Positions 42,141 to 52,406 of a stretch of 64,000 nt of DNA are shown in pieces; position 1 is the first letter of the stretch, and each line of letters starts with the position of its first letter. Source of the stretch: an uncultured delta proteobacterium (GTDB lineage: Bacteria; Desulfobacterota; Desulfuromonadia; Desulfuromonadales; DDH964); the NCBI GenBank assembly GCA_963763205.1, contig CAVXNQ010000022.1, positions 131,486 to 195,485 on the forward strand, read 5' to 3'. The position numbers and the translations under genes were made by a program. The notes beneath the pieces are model-generated. The model worked only from the letters and a program-made list of their open reading frames with translations. It searched no databases and was not told where the DNA came from.

Positions 42141-43289
42141 TTACAGCGCCTGGCGGAAGATCTCTTCGATCTCGGCCACCGAGGCGCTGCGCGGATTGGT
42201 CACCAGGCAGGCGTCCTTCACCGCGTTGCGGGAAAGGAGTGGGATGTCCTCTGCCTGCACACCGATCTGCGCCAGCCCCTTGGCCAGGCCGATATCCTCG
42301 ATCAGCGAACGGACGGCGGCGATGGAGCGGCGCGCCGCCTCCTCGTCGGAGAGCCGGCCGACCGGTTCGCCCATGGCCTGGGCGATGCGCCGGAACTTCT
42401 CCGGGCAGGCCGGCAGGTTGAAGGCCATGACGTGGGGAAGGATCGCCGCGTTGGTCTCGCCGTGGTGCTGGTCGATCAGGCCGTCGACCTGGTGGGTCAT
42501 GGCGTGGGTGGCGCCGAGGATGGCGTTGGAAAAGGCGAGCCCGGCGATCATGCTGGCCATCGCCATGTTGGTGTTGGCCTCCATGTCGCCGCGGTCGGCC
42601 ACCGCCCGCCGCAGGTTGGGGGCGATCAGCTCGATCGCCTTGATGGCGTGCATGTCGGTCAGCGGGGTGGCGGCCAGCGAGACGTAGGATTCGATGGCGT
42701 GGGTCAGCGCGTCCATTCCCGTCGCCGCGGCCAGCAGCGAGTCCTTGGTGCGCAGTAGTTCCGGGTCGACGATGGCGATGTCGGGGACCAGCGACTTGGA
42801 GATGATCGACATCTTCAGCCGCCGGACGGGGTCGACGATGATGGCGAACTGGCTGACCTCCGAGCCGGCCCCGGCGGTCGACGGGGCGATCACCATCGGC
42901 GGCAGCGGTCGCTCGATGCGGTTGATTCCCTCGTAGTCTTCCAGCCGGCCGCCGTTGGTGGCGAGGATCGCCACCGCCTTGGCGACGTCGGTGGGGCTGC
43001 CGCCGCCGACGGCGACGATGCCGTCGCAGCCGGCGGCCAGGTACTGGGCGGCGCCGGCCTCCACCTCGAAATCCTTGGGATTGGAGGTGAGCGCCGAGAA
43101 GACCTCGGTGGCGAGCCCGGCGGCGTGCAGGTAACCGAGGGCCGGTTCGATCCAGCCGGCCTTGATCACCCCGGCGTCGCTGACCACGAAGACCTTGGAG
43201 GCGCCGAGGCGCGCCGCGCTTTCCCCGAGCTGGCTCAGGGCGCCGCGGCCGAAGATGATCTCCGGCGTCACGAATTTGCTGATGTTCAT
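42141..43289 (-). CDS. iron-containing (group III) alcohol dehydrogenase 1
   Basis: GGGSP motif (VAVGGGSPTDVAK) and the metal-binding His cluster (HAMTHQV...HGETNA). 383 aa from the ATG at 43289. GGGAGA RBS. Confidence 0.85.
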   Translation of the reverse strand: MNISKFVTPEIIFGRGALSQLGESAARLGASKVFVVSDAGVIKAGWIEPALGYLHAAGLATEVFSALTSNPKDFEVEAGAAQYLAAGCDGIVAVGGGSPTDVAKAVAILATNGGRLEDYEGINRIERPLPPMVIAPSTAGAGSEVSQFAIIVDPVRRLKMSIISKSLVPDIAIVDPELLRTKDSLLAAATGMDALTHAIESYVSLAATPLTDMHAIKAIELIAPNLRRAVADRGDMEANTNMAMASMIAGLAFSNAILGATHAMTHQVDGLIDQHHGETNAAILPHVMAFNLPACPEKFRRIAQAMGEPVGRLSDEEAARRSIAAVRSLIEDIGLAKGLAQIGVQAEDIPLLSRNAVKDACLVTNPRSASVAEIEEIFRQAL

Positions 43290-43811
43290 GTCATCTCCCG
43301 CCGCCTTCGTGCGGCCCCGGGCGCTGTGCCCTTTCCCCAAGTTTAAACCCTATCACGCCCCACTGCCGGTAAATCCGCTCCGGCGATGTGTCGTATACGA
43401 TGCAAGGATCGTGACAGCCCCCCCCGGAGCGCCGATCCGGTCTCCTCCTTCCCCTCCTCATCCCCGCACCAGCCAAGACAAGATCCCGAAATCATAAAAA
43501 GATCCTCTCTGGGCAGGGGCGTGGAGAGCGCCCTGCGGTAGTTTTCGCTGCCGGCCGGCCCCGGCGCACCGCTGGGCCAGATCGGGGCAAAATGTTCCAG
43601 ATTGGAACGGTTGGCGCCCCTTTCAGGCCAAAGGAAAGCCGGGGCGGAACCGGCGGGTCCCGGGGAGGGGGTGACAGTCTGGTCCAAAGTGGAACGAAGC
43701 GCACCGAACTGGGGCGCGACGGGGAGGGGGGCGCCGCTGGGGAGCCGGCATTTGCCTGGTGGCCGGTAAAAAAAGTAGTGATTCCAGGAAGATAAAGCCG
43801 GAAATTAAAGC

Positions 43812-43827
43812 TGGCATCCATGTTGCT
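43812..43827 (+). promoter_or_regulatory. candidate sigma54 (-24/-12) promoter TGGCAT-N5-TTGCT, upstream of ADH2
   Basis: The GG and GC dinucleotides sit at exactly the consensus spacing (TGGCACG-N4-TTGCW). It lies about 114 nt upstream of the ATG at 43941. An NtrC-type bEBP gene is adjacent. Confidence 0.6.
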
Positions 43828-43940
43828 GTAGCCCCAAATATCGTTTTATTCCGGCCGGGCGGCAGTCGCAGCGGCCGAACCCACAGAATCGGCCGGCTGG
43901 CGGCATGCCAGCCACCCATCAGCAAAGGAGAGATAAACAT

Positions 43941-45105
43941 CATGGCAATGGCAGATCAGACTTTCGGCTTCTTCATCCCCACCGTCTCCCTCATGGGCGT
44001 AGGCTCCTCCAAAGAAACCGGCGCGCAGGTCAAGGCCCTCGGCGCCAAGAAGGCCCTGCTCGTCACCGACAAGGGGATCGCCGGGATCGGCATGGCCGAC
44101 CAGATCAAGCAGCAGGTCGAAGCGGCCGGCGTCTCCGTCGTGATCTTCGACGGCGCCGAACCCAACCCCACCGACATCAACGTTCACGACGGCCTGAAGA
44201 TCTACCAGGACGAGAAGTGCGACGCCATCATCTCCCTGGGCGGCGGCTCCTCCCACGACTGCGCCAAGGGGATCGGCATGGTCGCCACCAACGGCGGCCA
44301 CGTGCGCGACCTCGAAGGGGTCAACAAGACCAGCAAGCCGATGCCGCCTTTCGTCGCCATCAACACCACCGCCGGCACCGCCAGCGAGATGACCCGCTTC
44401 TGCATCATCACCAACACCGACACCCACGTGAAGATGGCCATCGTCGACTGGCGCTGCACCCCCAACATCGCCATCAACGACCCGGTGCTGATGGTCGGCA
44501 AGCCCGCCGCCCTGACCGCCGCCACCGGCATGGACGCGCTGACCCACGCCGTCGAGGCCTACGTCTCCACCATCGCCACCCCGATCACCGACGCCTGCGC
44601 CATCAAGGCGATCGAGCTGATCGCCGACTACCTGCGCCCGGTGGTGGCCAACGGCCAGAACCTCGAAGCTCGCGACAAGATGGCCTATGCCGAGTACCTG
44701 GCCGGCATGGCCTTCAACAACGCCAGCCTCGGCTACGTCCACGCCATGGCCCACCAGCTCGGCGGCTTCTACAACCTGCCCCACGGCGTCTGCAACGCCA
44801 TCCTGCTGCCGGCGGTGTGCGAGTTCAACATGATCGCCAATCCCAAGCGCTTCGCCGACATCGCCGTGGCCATGGGCGAGAACATCGACGGCCTCTCCGA
44901 CGTCGACGCCGCCGCCAAGGGGATCGCGGCGATCCGCAAGCTCTCGGCCGACATCGGCATCCCCGCCGGCCTCACGGCCCTCAACGTGAAAGAGACCGAC
45001 CTTCGCGTCATGGCCGAAAACGCCATGAAGGACGCCTGCATGCTGACCAACCCGCGCACCGCGACCCTCGACTGCGTGGTCGGGGTCTATAAGGCCGCGA
45101 TGTAA
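43941..45105 (+). CDS. iron-containing alcohol dehydrogenase 2 (1,3-propanediol/lactaldehyde reductase-like)
   Basis: GGGSSHDCAKG and the His ligands (HAMAHQLGG...HGVCNA). 388 aa. AAAGGAGAG RBS. Confidence 0.9.
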
Positions 45106-45327
45106 ATAGCCATGAGGGGTGAGGAGTAAGGGGTAAGGAGAACGTTCGCCTTCGCCCCTCACACCTCACTCCTCACCCCTTACGAGCAATTAAAGGTCTC
45201 CGAGCCCGATCGCCTGCCGGAAACACTCCAACGGTGGCGGGCCAACGGGTTTCATTGGAAACGGTGAAGCCTCCCTTTCGGAAAGGAGAACCCGCCATTT
45301 TCATCCTTGGAAAGGGAGTTTGCCACC

Positions 45328-47055
45328 ATGGACAAAATCATCCGCGTCGACATGTCGACCCTGACGACCAAAATCGAAGCGGTTCCGGCCGCCTGGGCCG
45401 GGCACGGCGGCCGCGGCCTGACCTCGACCATCGTCGCCGCCGAAGTGCCGCCGACCTGCCACCCCTTAGGTCCCAACAACAAGCTGATCTTCGCCCCCGG
45501 GCTCCTGACCGGCACCCCGGCGGCCCAGTCCGGGCGCCTCTCCGCCGGCGCCAAGAGCCCGCTGACCGGCACCATCAAGGAGAGCAACGCCGGCGGCACC
45601 GCCGCCCAGCTCTTCGCCCGCCTGGGGATCAAGGCCCTGATCATCGAAGGGCAGCCGGCGAAACAGACCCTCTACCGCCTGCACGTCGACAAGGACGGCG
45701 TCACCTTCCACGAGGTCCCGGAGCTGGCCGGGCTGGGGAATTTTGCCGTGATCGAGGCGATGAATGCCGAGTACAGCCCTAAGATCGGCGTGCTCAGCAT
45801 CGGCCCGGTCGGCGAGGCGCTGATGGCCGCCGCCAACATCTCGGTCAAGGACCCCGACCAGAAGATCCGCAGCCACGGCCGCGGCGGCCTCGGCGCGGTG
45901 ATGGGCTCGAAGCGCATCAAGTGCATCACCATCGACGGCGAGGGGGCAACCGGGGTGGCCCTGGCCGATCCGGAGAAGTTCAAGACTGCGGCGCGGGCCT
46001 TCGCCAAGGCGCTGCTCGATCACCCGGTCAGCGGCGAGGGGCTGCCGACCTACGGCACCAACGTCCTGGTCAACGTCCTCAACGAGGCCGGCGGCCTGCC
46101 GACGAAGAACTTCCGCTTCGGTGAGTTCGCGGCCCACGACAAGATCTCCGGCGAGACGATGCACGACACCATCGCCGCCCGCGGCGGCAAGACCAAGCAC
46201 GGCTGCCACGCCGGGTGCATCATCCAGTGCTCCCAGCAGTACGTCGATGAAAAGGGCGCCTACGTCACCTCCGGCTTCGAGTACGAGACGATCTGGGGCT
46301 TCGGCGCCAACTGCTGCATCGACAACCTCGACCAGATCGCCCTGGCCGACAACATCATGGACGACATCGGCATCGACTCCATCGAGTCGGCGGTGCTGAT
46401 GGGGGTCGCCATGGAGGCGGGCCTGCTCTCCTTCGGCGACGGCCCCGGCGTGCTGCGCCTGCTGCGCGACGAGATCGGCAAGGCGACGCCGCTGGGGCGC
46501 ATCCTCGGTGGCGGCGCCGCCTCGGTCGGCCGGACCTACGGCGTCACCCGGGTGCCGGTGGTCAAGGGGCAGGGGATTCCCGCCTACGACCCGCGCTCGG
46601 TCAAGGGGATCGGCATCACCTACGCCACCAGCACCATGGGCGCCGACCACACCGCCGGCTACTCGGTGGCGACCAACATCCTCAAGGTCGGCGGCGACGT
46701 CGATCCACTGAAGAAGGAAGGGCAGGTCGAGCTCTCCCGCAACCTGCAGATCGCCACCGCCGCCGTCGATTCCACCGGCCTCTGCCTCTTCGTCGCCTTC
46801 CCGGTCCTCGACAACCCCGGCGCCCTGACCGCCATCGTCGACATGCTCAACGCCCGCTTCGGCATCGCCCTGGAGGCCGGCGACGTGGTCGAGCTGGGCA
46901 AAACCATCCTCAAGACCGAGCACGCCTTCAACCTGGCCGCCGGCTTCACCAGCGCCCACGATCGGCTCCCCGAGTTCTTCAGCGAGCCGGTGCCGCCGCA
47001 CAACGCGGTGTGGGACTTCACCGACGCCGAAATCGACGCGTTCTGGAACTTCTAA
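45328..47055 (+). CDS. aor: aldehyde:ferredoxin oxidoreductase (tungsten/molybdopterin AOR family)
   Basis: AOR_N plus the AFOR catalytic domains. A [4Fe-4S] Cys motif (CHAGCIIQC...C). 575 aa. Confidence 0.9.
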   Translation: MDKIIRVDMSTLTTKIEAVPAAWAGHGGRGLTSTIVAAEVPPTCHPLGPNNKLIFAPGLLTGTPAAQSGRLSAGAKSPLTGTIKESNAGGTAAQLFARLGIKALIIEGQPAKQTLYRLHVDKDGVTFHEVPELAGLGNFAVIEAMNAEYSPKIGVLSIGPVGEALMAAANISVKDPDQKIRSHGRGGLGAVMGSKRIKCITIDGEGATGVALADPEKFKTAARAFAKALLDHPVSGEGLPTYGTNVLVNVLNEAGGLPTKNFRFGEFAAHDKISGETMHDTIAARGGKTKHGCHAGCIIQCSQQYVDEKGAYVTSGFEYETIWGFGANCCIDNLDQIALADNIMDDIGIDSIESAVLMGVAMEAGLLSFGDGPGVLRLLRDEIGKATPLGRILGGGAASVGRTYGVTRVPVVKGQGIPAYDPRSVKGIGITYATSTMGADHTAGYSVATNILKVGGDVDPLKKEGQVELSRNLQIATAAVDSTGLCLFVAFPVLDNPGALTAIVDMLNARFGIALEAGDVVELGKTILKTEHAFNLAAGFTSAHDRLPEFFSEPVPPHNAVWDFTDAEIDAFWNF

Positions 47056-47084
47056 GCGAACTCGTTCACCACCGTTCTCTCCTG

Positions 47085-47126
47085 CCCGGTGCGCCCCTTT
47101 TTGGGGTGCACCGGGAATTTTTTTTG
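47085..47126 (+). terminator. intrinsic terminator after aor
   Basis: A 13-bp stem (CCCGGTGCGCCCC-TTTTT-GGGGTGCACCGGG) followed by AATTTTTTTT. Confidence 0.75.
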
Positions 47127-47259
47127 TAGCGTCGGGGGACAATCGCCGGGCTGCGCAGGGGCGGGTTCCGGCCGGCGGCCGGAGGGGGAGCTGAGAAAGG
47201 AGGACCGGGAGGGGGGCGGTCCGGCCGGCAGCTGCCGGCCGGACCGTGGTTCGGGGGGA

Positions 47260-47430
47260 TCAGGCGCCGGCCGGGCGTGCCTTCTGGGCCGCCAGGTCGA
47301 GGCTCTGGCGCAGCAGCATGGTGATGCTGAGGCCCGACTCCTGGGCGCGCTGGTGCAGGACGCGCATCTCGCGGTCGCTGACCCGGCAGGAAATGATGAA
47401 TTTCTTGGGGCTCTGGCTGGTTCTGGCCAT
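47260..47430 (-). CDS. ribbon-helix-helix (CopG/MobC-like) small DNA-binding protein (56 aa)
   Basis: A beta strand (KKFIISCRVSD) followed by helices (REMRVLHQRAQESG and LSITMLLRQSLDL), the typical RHH layout. AAGGAG RBS. The 76-aa ORF-track form has an unsupported N-terminal extension. Confidence 0.55.
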   Translation of the reverse strand: MARTSQSPKKFIISCRVSDREMRVLHQRAQESGLSITMLLRQSLDLAAQKARPAGA

Positions 47431-47712
47431 ATCCGACTCCTTTGTTGAATGTGATGCGGCCGCAAGTCCGGCCGGGAACGCATGGGCCACCGGCGTCCCT
47501 GCCGTTTACATTTTGCAAGGGGGTTGCCGGATTCTTCCAATTTTCAAGGTAAAATTAAAACTTCAATTAAAACGGTTGCTTGTGGATTGGTGACGATTGC
47601 CTGCCAAGCCCCTGCGTGGTGGCGGACGTGTCGGGACGGAACAATGCGTGCCGATCTGGAACGGTGACGGGAGAACGCCTGTGCCAGGCTTTGCACACCG
47701 GGGCCGCGCAGT

Positions 47713-47741
47713 TTGTCGATCGGGACGGGGAGGGCTATACT
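47713..47741 (+). promoter_or_regulatory. candidate sigma70 promoter TTGTCG-17-TATACT for ADH3
   Basis: Hexamers with a 17-nt spacer, about 50 nt upstream of the ADH3 ATG. Confidence 0.45.
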
Positions 47742-47793
47742 AAAAACCAGGGGCGAAACAGACCGACTCACTCCGCCCCGGAGAGGCAACTCC

Positions 47794-48954
47794 ATGGGCA
47801 GCACCTTCGAACTGCGAAAATTCGTCGCACCCGAATACATCTTCGGCATCGGCGCCCGGAACCTGGCCGGGCGCTATGCCCGCAACCTCGGCGGCCACAA
47901 GGCCTTGGTCGTCTCCGATCCGGGGGTGGTGGCCGCCGGCTGGACGGCCGACGTCGTCGCCAGCATCGCGGAGGCGGGGCTCGCATCCACCCTCTACACC
48001 GGGGTCTCATCCAATCCCCGGGCCGAGGAGGTGATGGCCGGGGCCGAGCTCTACCAGAGCGAGCACTGCAACATCCTGGTCGCCGTCGGCGGCGGCAGCC
48101 CCATGGACTGCGCCAAGGGGATCGGCATCGTCAGCTCCAACCACCGCCACATCCTCGACTTCGAGGGGGTGGACCAGGTCCAGGAAGCGATCCCGCCCTT
48201 GATCTGCATCCCTACCACCGGCGGGACCTCGGCCGACGTCTCCCAGTTCGCCATCATCTCCAACCCCGCCGAGCGCATCAAATTCGCCATCATCAGCAAG
48301 TCCGTCGTCCCCGATCTGGCCCTCATCGATCCCCTCACCCTGACCACCATGGACCCCTTTTTGAGCGCCTGCACCGGTCTTGACGCCCTGACCCACGGCA
48401 TCGAGGCCTTCGTCTCCAACGCCAGTTCGTCGATGACCGACCTCCACGCCCTGGAGGGGATCCGCCTGATTACCGAAAACCTCGTCGACTCGATCAAAAA
48501 TCCCCAGGACGTGGAGTTGCGCACCCGAATCATGCAGGGGAGCCTGCAGGCCGGGCTGGCCTTCTCCAACGCCATCCTCGGTGCCGCCCATGCCATGGCC
48601 CACAGCCTCGGCGGGGAGCGGGACGCCCCCCACGGCGAGTGCAACGCCATCCTCCTTGATCACGTCATCGAGTTCAATCTTCCCGCCTCCCCCGAGCGCT
48701 TCGAGCGGATCGCCCAGGCCATGGGGGTGGACCTGCGAGGGATGGATTCCATAACCCGGCGCCGGGCGCTGCTGGAGAAGGTCCGGGCGCTCAAGCGGGC
48801 GGCCGGAGTGGACAAGGTCCTCTCCGAGATCGGCATCCATCGCGGCGACGTACCGGTCCTCAGTCAGAAAGCCCTCAACGACCCGTGCCTGGTCACCAAC
48901 CCGCGCAAGGCGAACTTGCGGGACCTCGAGGTGATTTATGAGGAGTCCCTCTGA
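47794..48954 (+). CDS. iron-containing alcohol dehydrogenase 3
   Basis: GGGSPMDCAKG and the His ligands (HAMAHSLGG...HGECNA). 386 aa. GGAGAGG RBS. Confidence 0.9.
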   Translation: MGSTFELRKFVAPEYIFGIGARNLAGRYARNLGGHKALVVSDPGVVAAGWTADVVASIAEAGLASTLYTGVSSNPRAEEVMAGAELYQSEHCNILVAVGGGSPMDCAKGIGIVSSNHRHILDFEGVDQVQEAIPPLICIPTTGGTSADVSQFAIISNPAERIKFAIISKSVVPDLALIDPLTLTTMDPFLSACTGLDALTHGIEAFVSNASSSMTDLHALEGIRLITENLVDSIKNPQDVELRTRIMQGSLQAGLAFSNAILGAAHAMAHSLGGERDAPHGECNAILLDHVIEFNLPASPERFERIAQAMGVDLRGMDSITRRRALLEKVRALKRAAGVDKVLSEIGIHRGDVPVLSQKALNDPCLVTNPRKANLRDLEVIYEESL

Positions 48955-50170
48955 CTCCGGCAAAGACGAGGCGCTGCTGCGGGAGAAACTCATCGGTCTC
49001 GGGGAATATTCCCACCGCAAGAGCCACTATCCCGAGCTCCAGAAGCGCCTCGAAGAGCTGGAGCGCTTCAAGGCTTTTCTCGACTACAGCCATGACGCCA
49101 TTTTCCTGGTCGAGGTCCCCGGCGGCCGGATCGTCGATTTCAACGAATCGGCCTGCCGGCAGACCGGACGCGGGGATGAAGAGCTGCGGGAGCTGTCGAT
49201 CTTCAACATTTTCGAGCTGGCCGACAACGCGCTGGCCCGGGAGTTGATCGGCACCGGCGCCGGGACCGGCCGCCGCCGGGCGTGGATCGAGACCCTTCTC
49301 TTCCGGCGCGAGGCCGAACCGCTTCCCGCCGAACTCACCCTGGCCCGCATGTTTTTTCAGGAGTCCGCCTACGTCATCGTCGTCGCCCGCGACATCAGCA
49401 GGCGCAAGGCGGTCGAGACCGCACTCGGCGAGAGCGAGACGCGCCGTTTGCGCCTGCAGGCGCAGCTGGAGTTCGCGGCCCAGGTCCAGGAAAAGCTTCT
49501 GCCGACGGTCTTCCCGCAGCTTCCCGGTTTCGAGGTCGCCGCCCGCTGCCTCCCCGCCTACCAGGTCGGCGGGGATTTCTACGACTGGCAGGAGACCAGC
49601 CTGGGACACTTCGCCCTGACCCTGGGCGACGTGATGGGCAAGGGGCTGGCGGCCGCCATGCTCATGGCCACGGTACGCGCCTCGTTGCGTGCGGTCGTCC
49701 AGACCGCGCCGCCGGCCGCCGCGCTGCTCCTGGCCGAGCGGGCGCTGCGCCAGGACCTGAACAACGCGGAGAGCTTCGTCACCCTGTTCCACGGCCAGCT
49801 CGACGTCGCGGCGCGGAGGCTGACCTATGTCGACTGCGGGCACGGTCTGGTCTTTATGCTGCGCGCCGACGGCGGGGTCGAAGAGCTCCTGCCGCGGGGG
49901 CTGCCGCTGGGGGTGATGGCCGACCCGCCCTTCAAGGAAGGCCAGATTCTTTTCGCACCGGGAGATGCCCTGGTCCTGTTCAGCGACGGCTTGATGGAGG
50001 CGATGCAGCAGACCGAGCTCGACAACCAGTCGCTGGCCAGGCAGCTCTGGGCGCGCAGCGCCCGGGAGATGGTCGAACGCCTGGTCCGGGTGACCCCCTC
50101 CGCCGAGCTGCCGCCCGACGACATGACCCTGGTGGTGGTGAAGTGCCTTGGGGAGGGCTCGGCACCCTAG
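48938..50170 (+). CDS. PAS-domain PP2C-family (SpoIIE-like) serine/threonine phosphatase
   Basis: An N-terminal PAS (HDAIFLVEVPGGRIVDFNESACRQTG) and a C-terminal PP2C with a GGDFYD metal motif plus a GHG motif. It overlaps the ADH3 stop by 17 nt, so it is in the same operon. Confidence 0.8.
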   Translation: MRSPSDSGKDEALLREKLIGLGEYSHRKSHYPELQKRLEELERFKAFLDYSHDAIFLVEVPGGRIVDFNESACRQTGRGDEELRELSIFNIFELADNALARELIGTGAGTGRRRAWIETLLFRREAEPLPAELTLARMFFQESAYVIVVARDISRRKAVETALGESETRRLRLQAQLEFAAQVQEKLLPTVFPQLPGFEVAARCLPAYQVGGDFYDWQETSLGHFALTLGDVMGKGLAAAMLMATVRASLRAVVQTAPPAAALLLAERALRQDLNNAESFVTLFHGQLDVAARRLTYVDCGHGLVFMLRADGGVEELLPRGLPLGVMADPPFKEGQILFAPGDALVLFSDGLMEAMQQTELDNQSLARQLWARSAREMVERLVRVTPSAELPPDDMTLVVVKCLGEGSAP

Positions 50171-50280
50171 CGGGTTCCGGCCGCGCTCCCGGGGCCGGGA
50201 GGGACCGGAAACCATTTGCCAGGCTCTGTCCCCCTGGCAGGTATTCATAGGGACTTTTCCCCGGCGGCTACGGAGGGGGC

Positions 50281-51799
50281 ATGGAACGATCAAACCGCAG
50301 CGGTCTCAGCAAATCCCTGCTGTTAAAAGGCCTGCAGTGCCCCAAGGCGCTGTGGCTCGCCAAGAATCCCCCCGCTTTCGAATTTCCCCCGCAGCCGGAG
50401 CGCGAAGCCCGCTACCGGGCCGGCACCGAGGTCGGCCTGCTCGCCCAGCAGCTCTTTCCCGGCGGCGTCGAGGTCCCCTTCGCAGGTTTGAGCGTCGCCG
50501 AACAGGTCACCCGCACCGAGGTGATGATCGCCGGCGGCGCCGCCGTGATCTACGAAGCGTCTTTCCTCTTCGACGGCATCTTCGTCAAGGTCGACATCCT
50601 GGTACGCGACGGCGCCGCCTGGGAGATCTTTGAAGTGAAGATGGCGACCACCGTCAAGGAGGTCAACCTCGACGACGTCGCCATCCAGTACTACGTCCTC
50701 ACCCGCAGCGGGCTCCCCGTCTCCCGATCCTTCCTCGTCCACATCGACAACAGCTACCTGCGCCGCGGGGCGCTCGAGGTGCAGAGCCTCTTCGCCGCCG
50801 AGGAGGTCAGCGCCGCCGTCCTGGAGCGCCAGGCGAAGCTCCCGGAGGCGGTCGCCGCGCTGCGCGGGACCCTGAACGGCGGGGAGCCCGCCATCGACAT
50901 CGGCCCCTGGTGCCACGACCCCTACGACTGCGATTTCATCCCTTACTGCTGGCGGCACATCTCCGCGCCTTCGGTCTTCGACCTGCGCGGCAACGGCGTC
51001 GAAAAGTTCGGTCTCTACCGGCGCGGCATGGTCCGCTTCGAGGAGCTCCCGCTGGACGAACTCAATCCCGCCCAGCGCCAGCAGGTCGAGACCACCCTGG
51101 AGCGGAAAGACGTCGTCGCTGCCGGAAAGGTCACGCGCCTTCCTCGACACCCTCTGGTACCCCCTCTGCCACCTTGACTTCGAAACCTTCAACAGCGCCG
51201 TTCCCCTCTTCGACGCCACCCGCCCCTACCAGCAGGTCCCCTTCCAGTTCTCCGTCCACCGCCAGGATGCGCCGGGCGCCGCGCCGCGGCACAGCGCCTT
51301 TCTCGCCCGCCCCGGCGTCGACCCCCGCCGCGAATTGACCGAGCGGCTCCTCGCCGTCGTCCCGGAAGAGGCCTGCGTGCTGACCTACAACCAGGCCTTC
51401 GAAAAGGGGGTGCTGCGGCAGCTCGCCGGGCTGTATCCCGACCTCGCCGCGGCCATCGGGGAGCGCCTCGAAAAGGTCCGCGACCTGATGCTCCCCTTCC
51501 GCAAAAGGGACGTCTACTTTTGGCGGATGGCCGGCTCCTACTCCATCAAGCGGGTGCTGCCGGCGCTGGTCCCGGAACTCACCTATGCCGGGCTGGAGAT
51601 CGCCGACGGCCAGGCGGCGATGCAGGCCTATCACGCCATGTCGCTTCTGGAGGAAGGGGCGGAACTGGAGCGGCTGCGGAAGGCGCTTCTGGAGTACTGC
51701 CGGCTCGATACCCTGGCGATGGTGCGGATTCTGGAAAAGCTCTCGGCGCTGGCGGCTGCGGCGGACGCCCCCGGCCGGCCGGGGGAAGGGCCTCGCTGA
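50281..51799 (+). pseudogene. DUF2779-like protein (RecB/Cas4-like PD-(D/E)xK nuclease fold with a C-x-C-x-C Cys cluster), interrupted by a 1-bp frameshift at about 51138-51142
   Basis: Frame 1 reads to ...ERKDVVAAGKVTR. A second frame continues FLDTLWYPLCHLDFETFNSAVPLFDATRPYQQVPFQFSVHR... to the stop at 51799. The N-terminus has a D...E.K nuclease motif (VDILV...EVK) and CHDPYDCDFIPYC. Confidence 0.7.
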
Positions 51800-51880
51800 A
51801 ATCCGCTCCGGCCTGACTTGAAGGGTTGACAGGCGGTGAAAAGAGATATTAGTCTATAAAAACAATAGGGAAGGTAGATC

Positions 51881-52342
51881 ATGATTTCCAAAAAGACCAA
51901 GTACGGCTTGCAGGCCCTTCTGGCCCTGGCCCGGGCGCACGGCCGGGGACCGATCCTGATCGCCGAGCTGGCCGAGCAGGGGCGGATTCCCAAGAAGTTT
52001 CTGGAGCTGATTCTCCTCCAGCTCAAACATGCCGGCCTTCTGGGGAGCCGCAAAGGGAAGGGGGGGGGCTATTTCCTGGCCAAGGCGCCCTCCGAGATCA
52101 CCATGGGCCGAGCCATCCGCCTGCTTGAGGGGCCGCTGGCGCCGGTCCCCTGCGCCAGCGAGACCGCCTACCAGAAGTGCGAGGAGTGCGAGGACGAGAC
52201 CAGTTGCGGCATCCGCCTGGTCATGAAGGAGGTGCGCAACGCCATCGCCGACATCCTCGACCACACCACCTTGCAGGAGGTGGTGCGGCGTTCCTCGGCG
52301 GCGGCGCAGGAGCTCGACCAGACCCTCGATTACCAGATCTAA
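51881..52342 (+). CDS. Rrf2-family transcriptional regulator with a Cys-rich putative Fe-S site
   Basis: N-terminal wHTH (KTKYGLQALLALA...IAELAEQGRIPKKFLELILLQLKHAGLL). C-terminal Cys residues (CASETAYQKCEECEDETSC). Confidence 0.85.
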   Translation: MISKKTKYGLQALLALARAHGRGPILIAELAEQGRIPKKFLELILLQLKHAGLLGSRKGKGGGYFLAKAPSEITMGRAIRLLEGPLAPVPCASETAYQKCEECEDETSCGIRLVMKEVRNAIADILDHTTLQEVVRRSSAAAQELDQTLDYQI

Positions 52343-52406
52343 ATTTTTTTGGCCAAAAAACTAGTTAATCGATAGACTGTTAGTTTTTTATTGGGAGGAG
52401 TGCACT

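Noticed and set aside
45112-45180. GT-rich inverted repeat after ADH2 (AGGGGTGAGGAGT ... ACTCCTCACCCCT) considered as a terminator
   Set aside because: A stem can form but there is no U-tract. ADH2 and aor are likely co-transcribed. Noted only as possible RNA structure.
45250-45325. TGGAAACGGTGAAGCC and TGGAAAGGGAGTTTGCC considered as sigma54 promoters for aor
   Set aside because: The -12 spacing or identity is wrong. The second candidate also overlaps the RBS.
43846-47142. Long minus-strand ORFs (43846-45162, 45466-47142)
   Set aside because: Antisense to ADH2 and AOR. Arg/Gly-rich junk translations.
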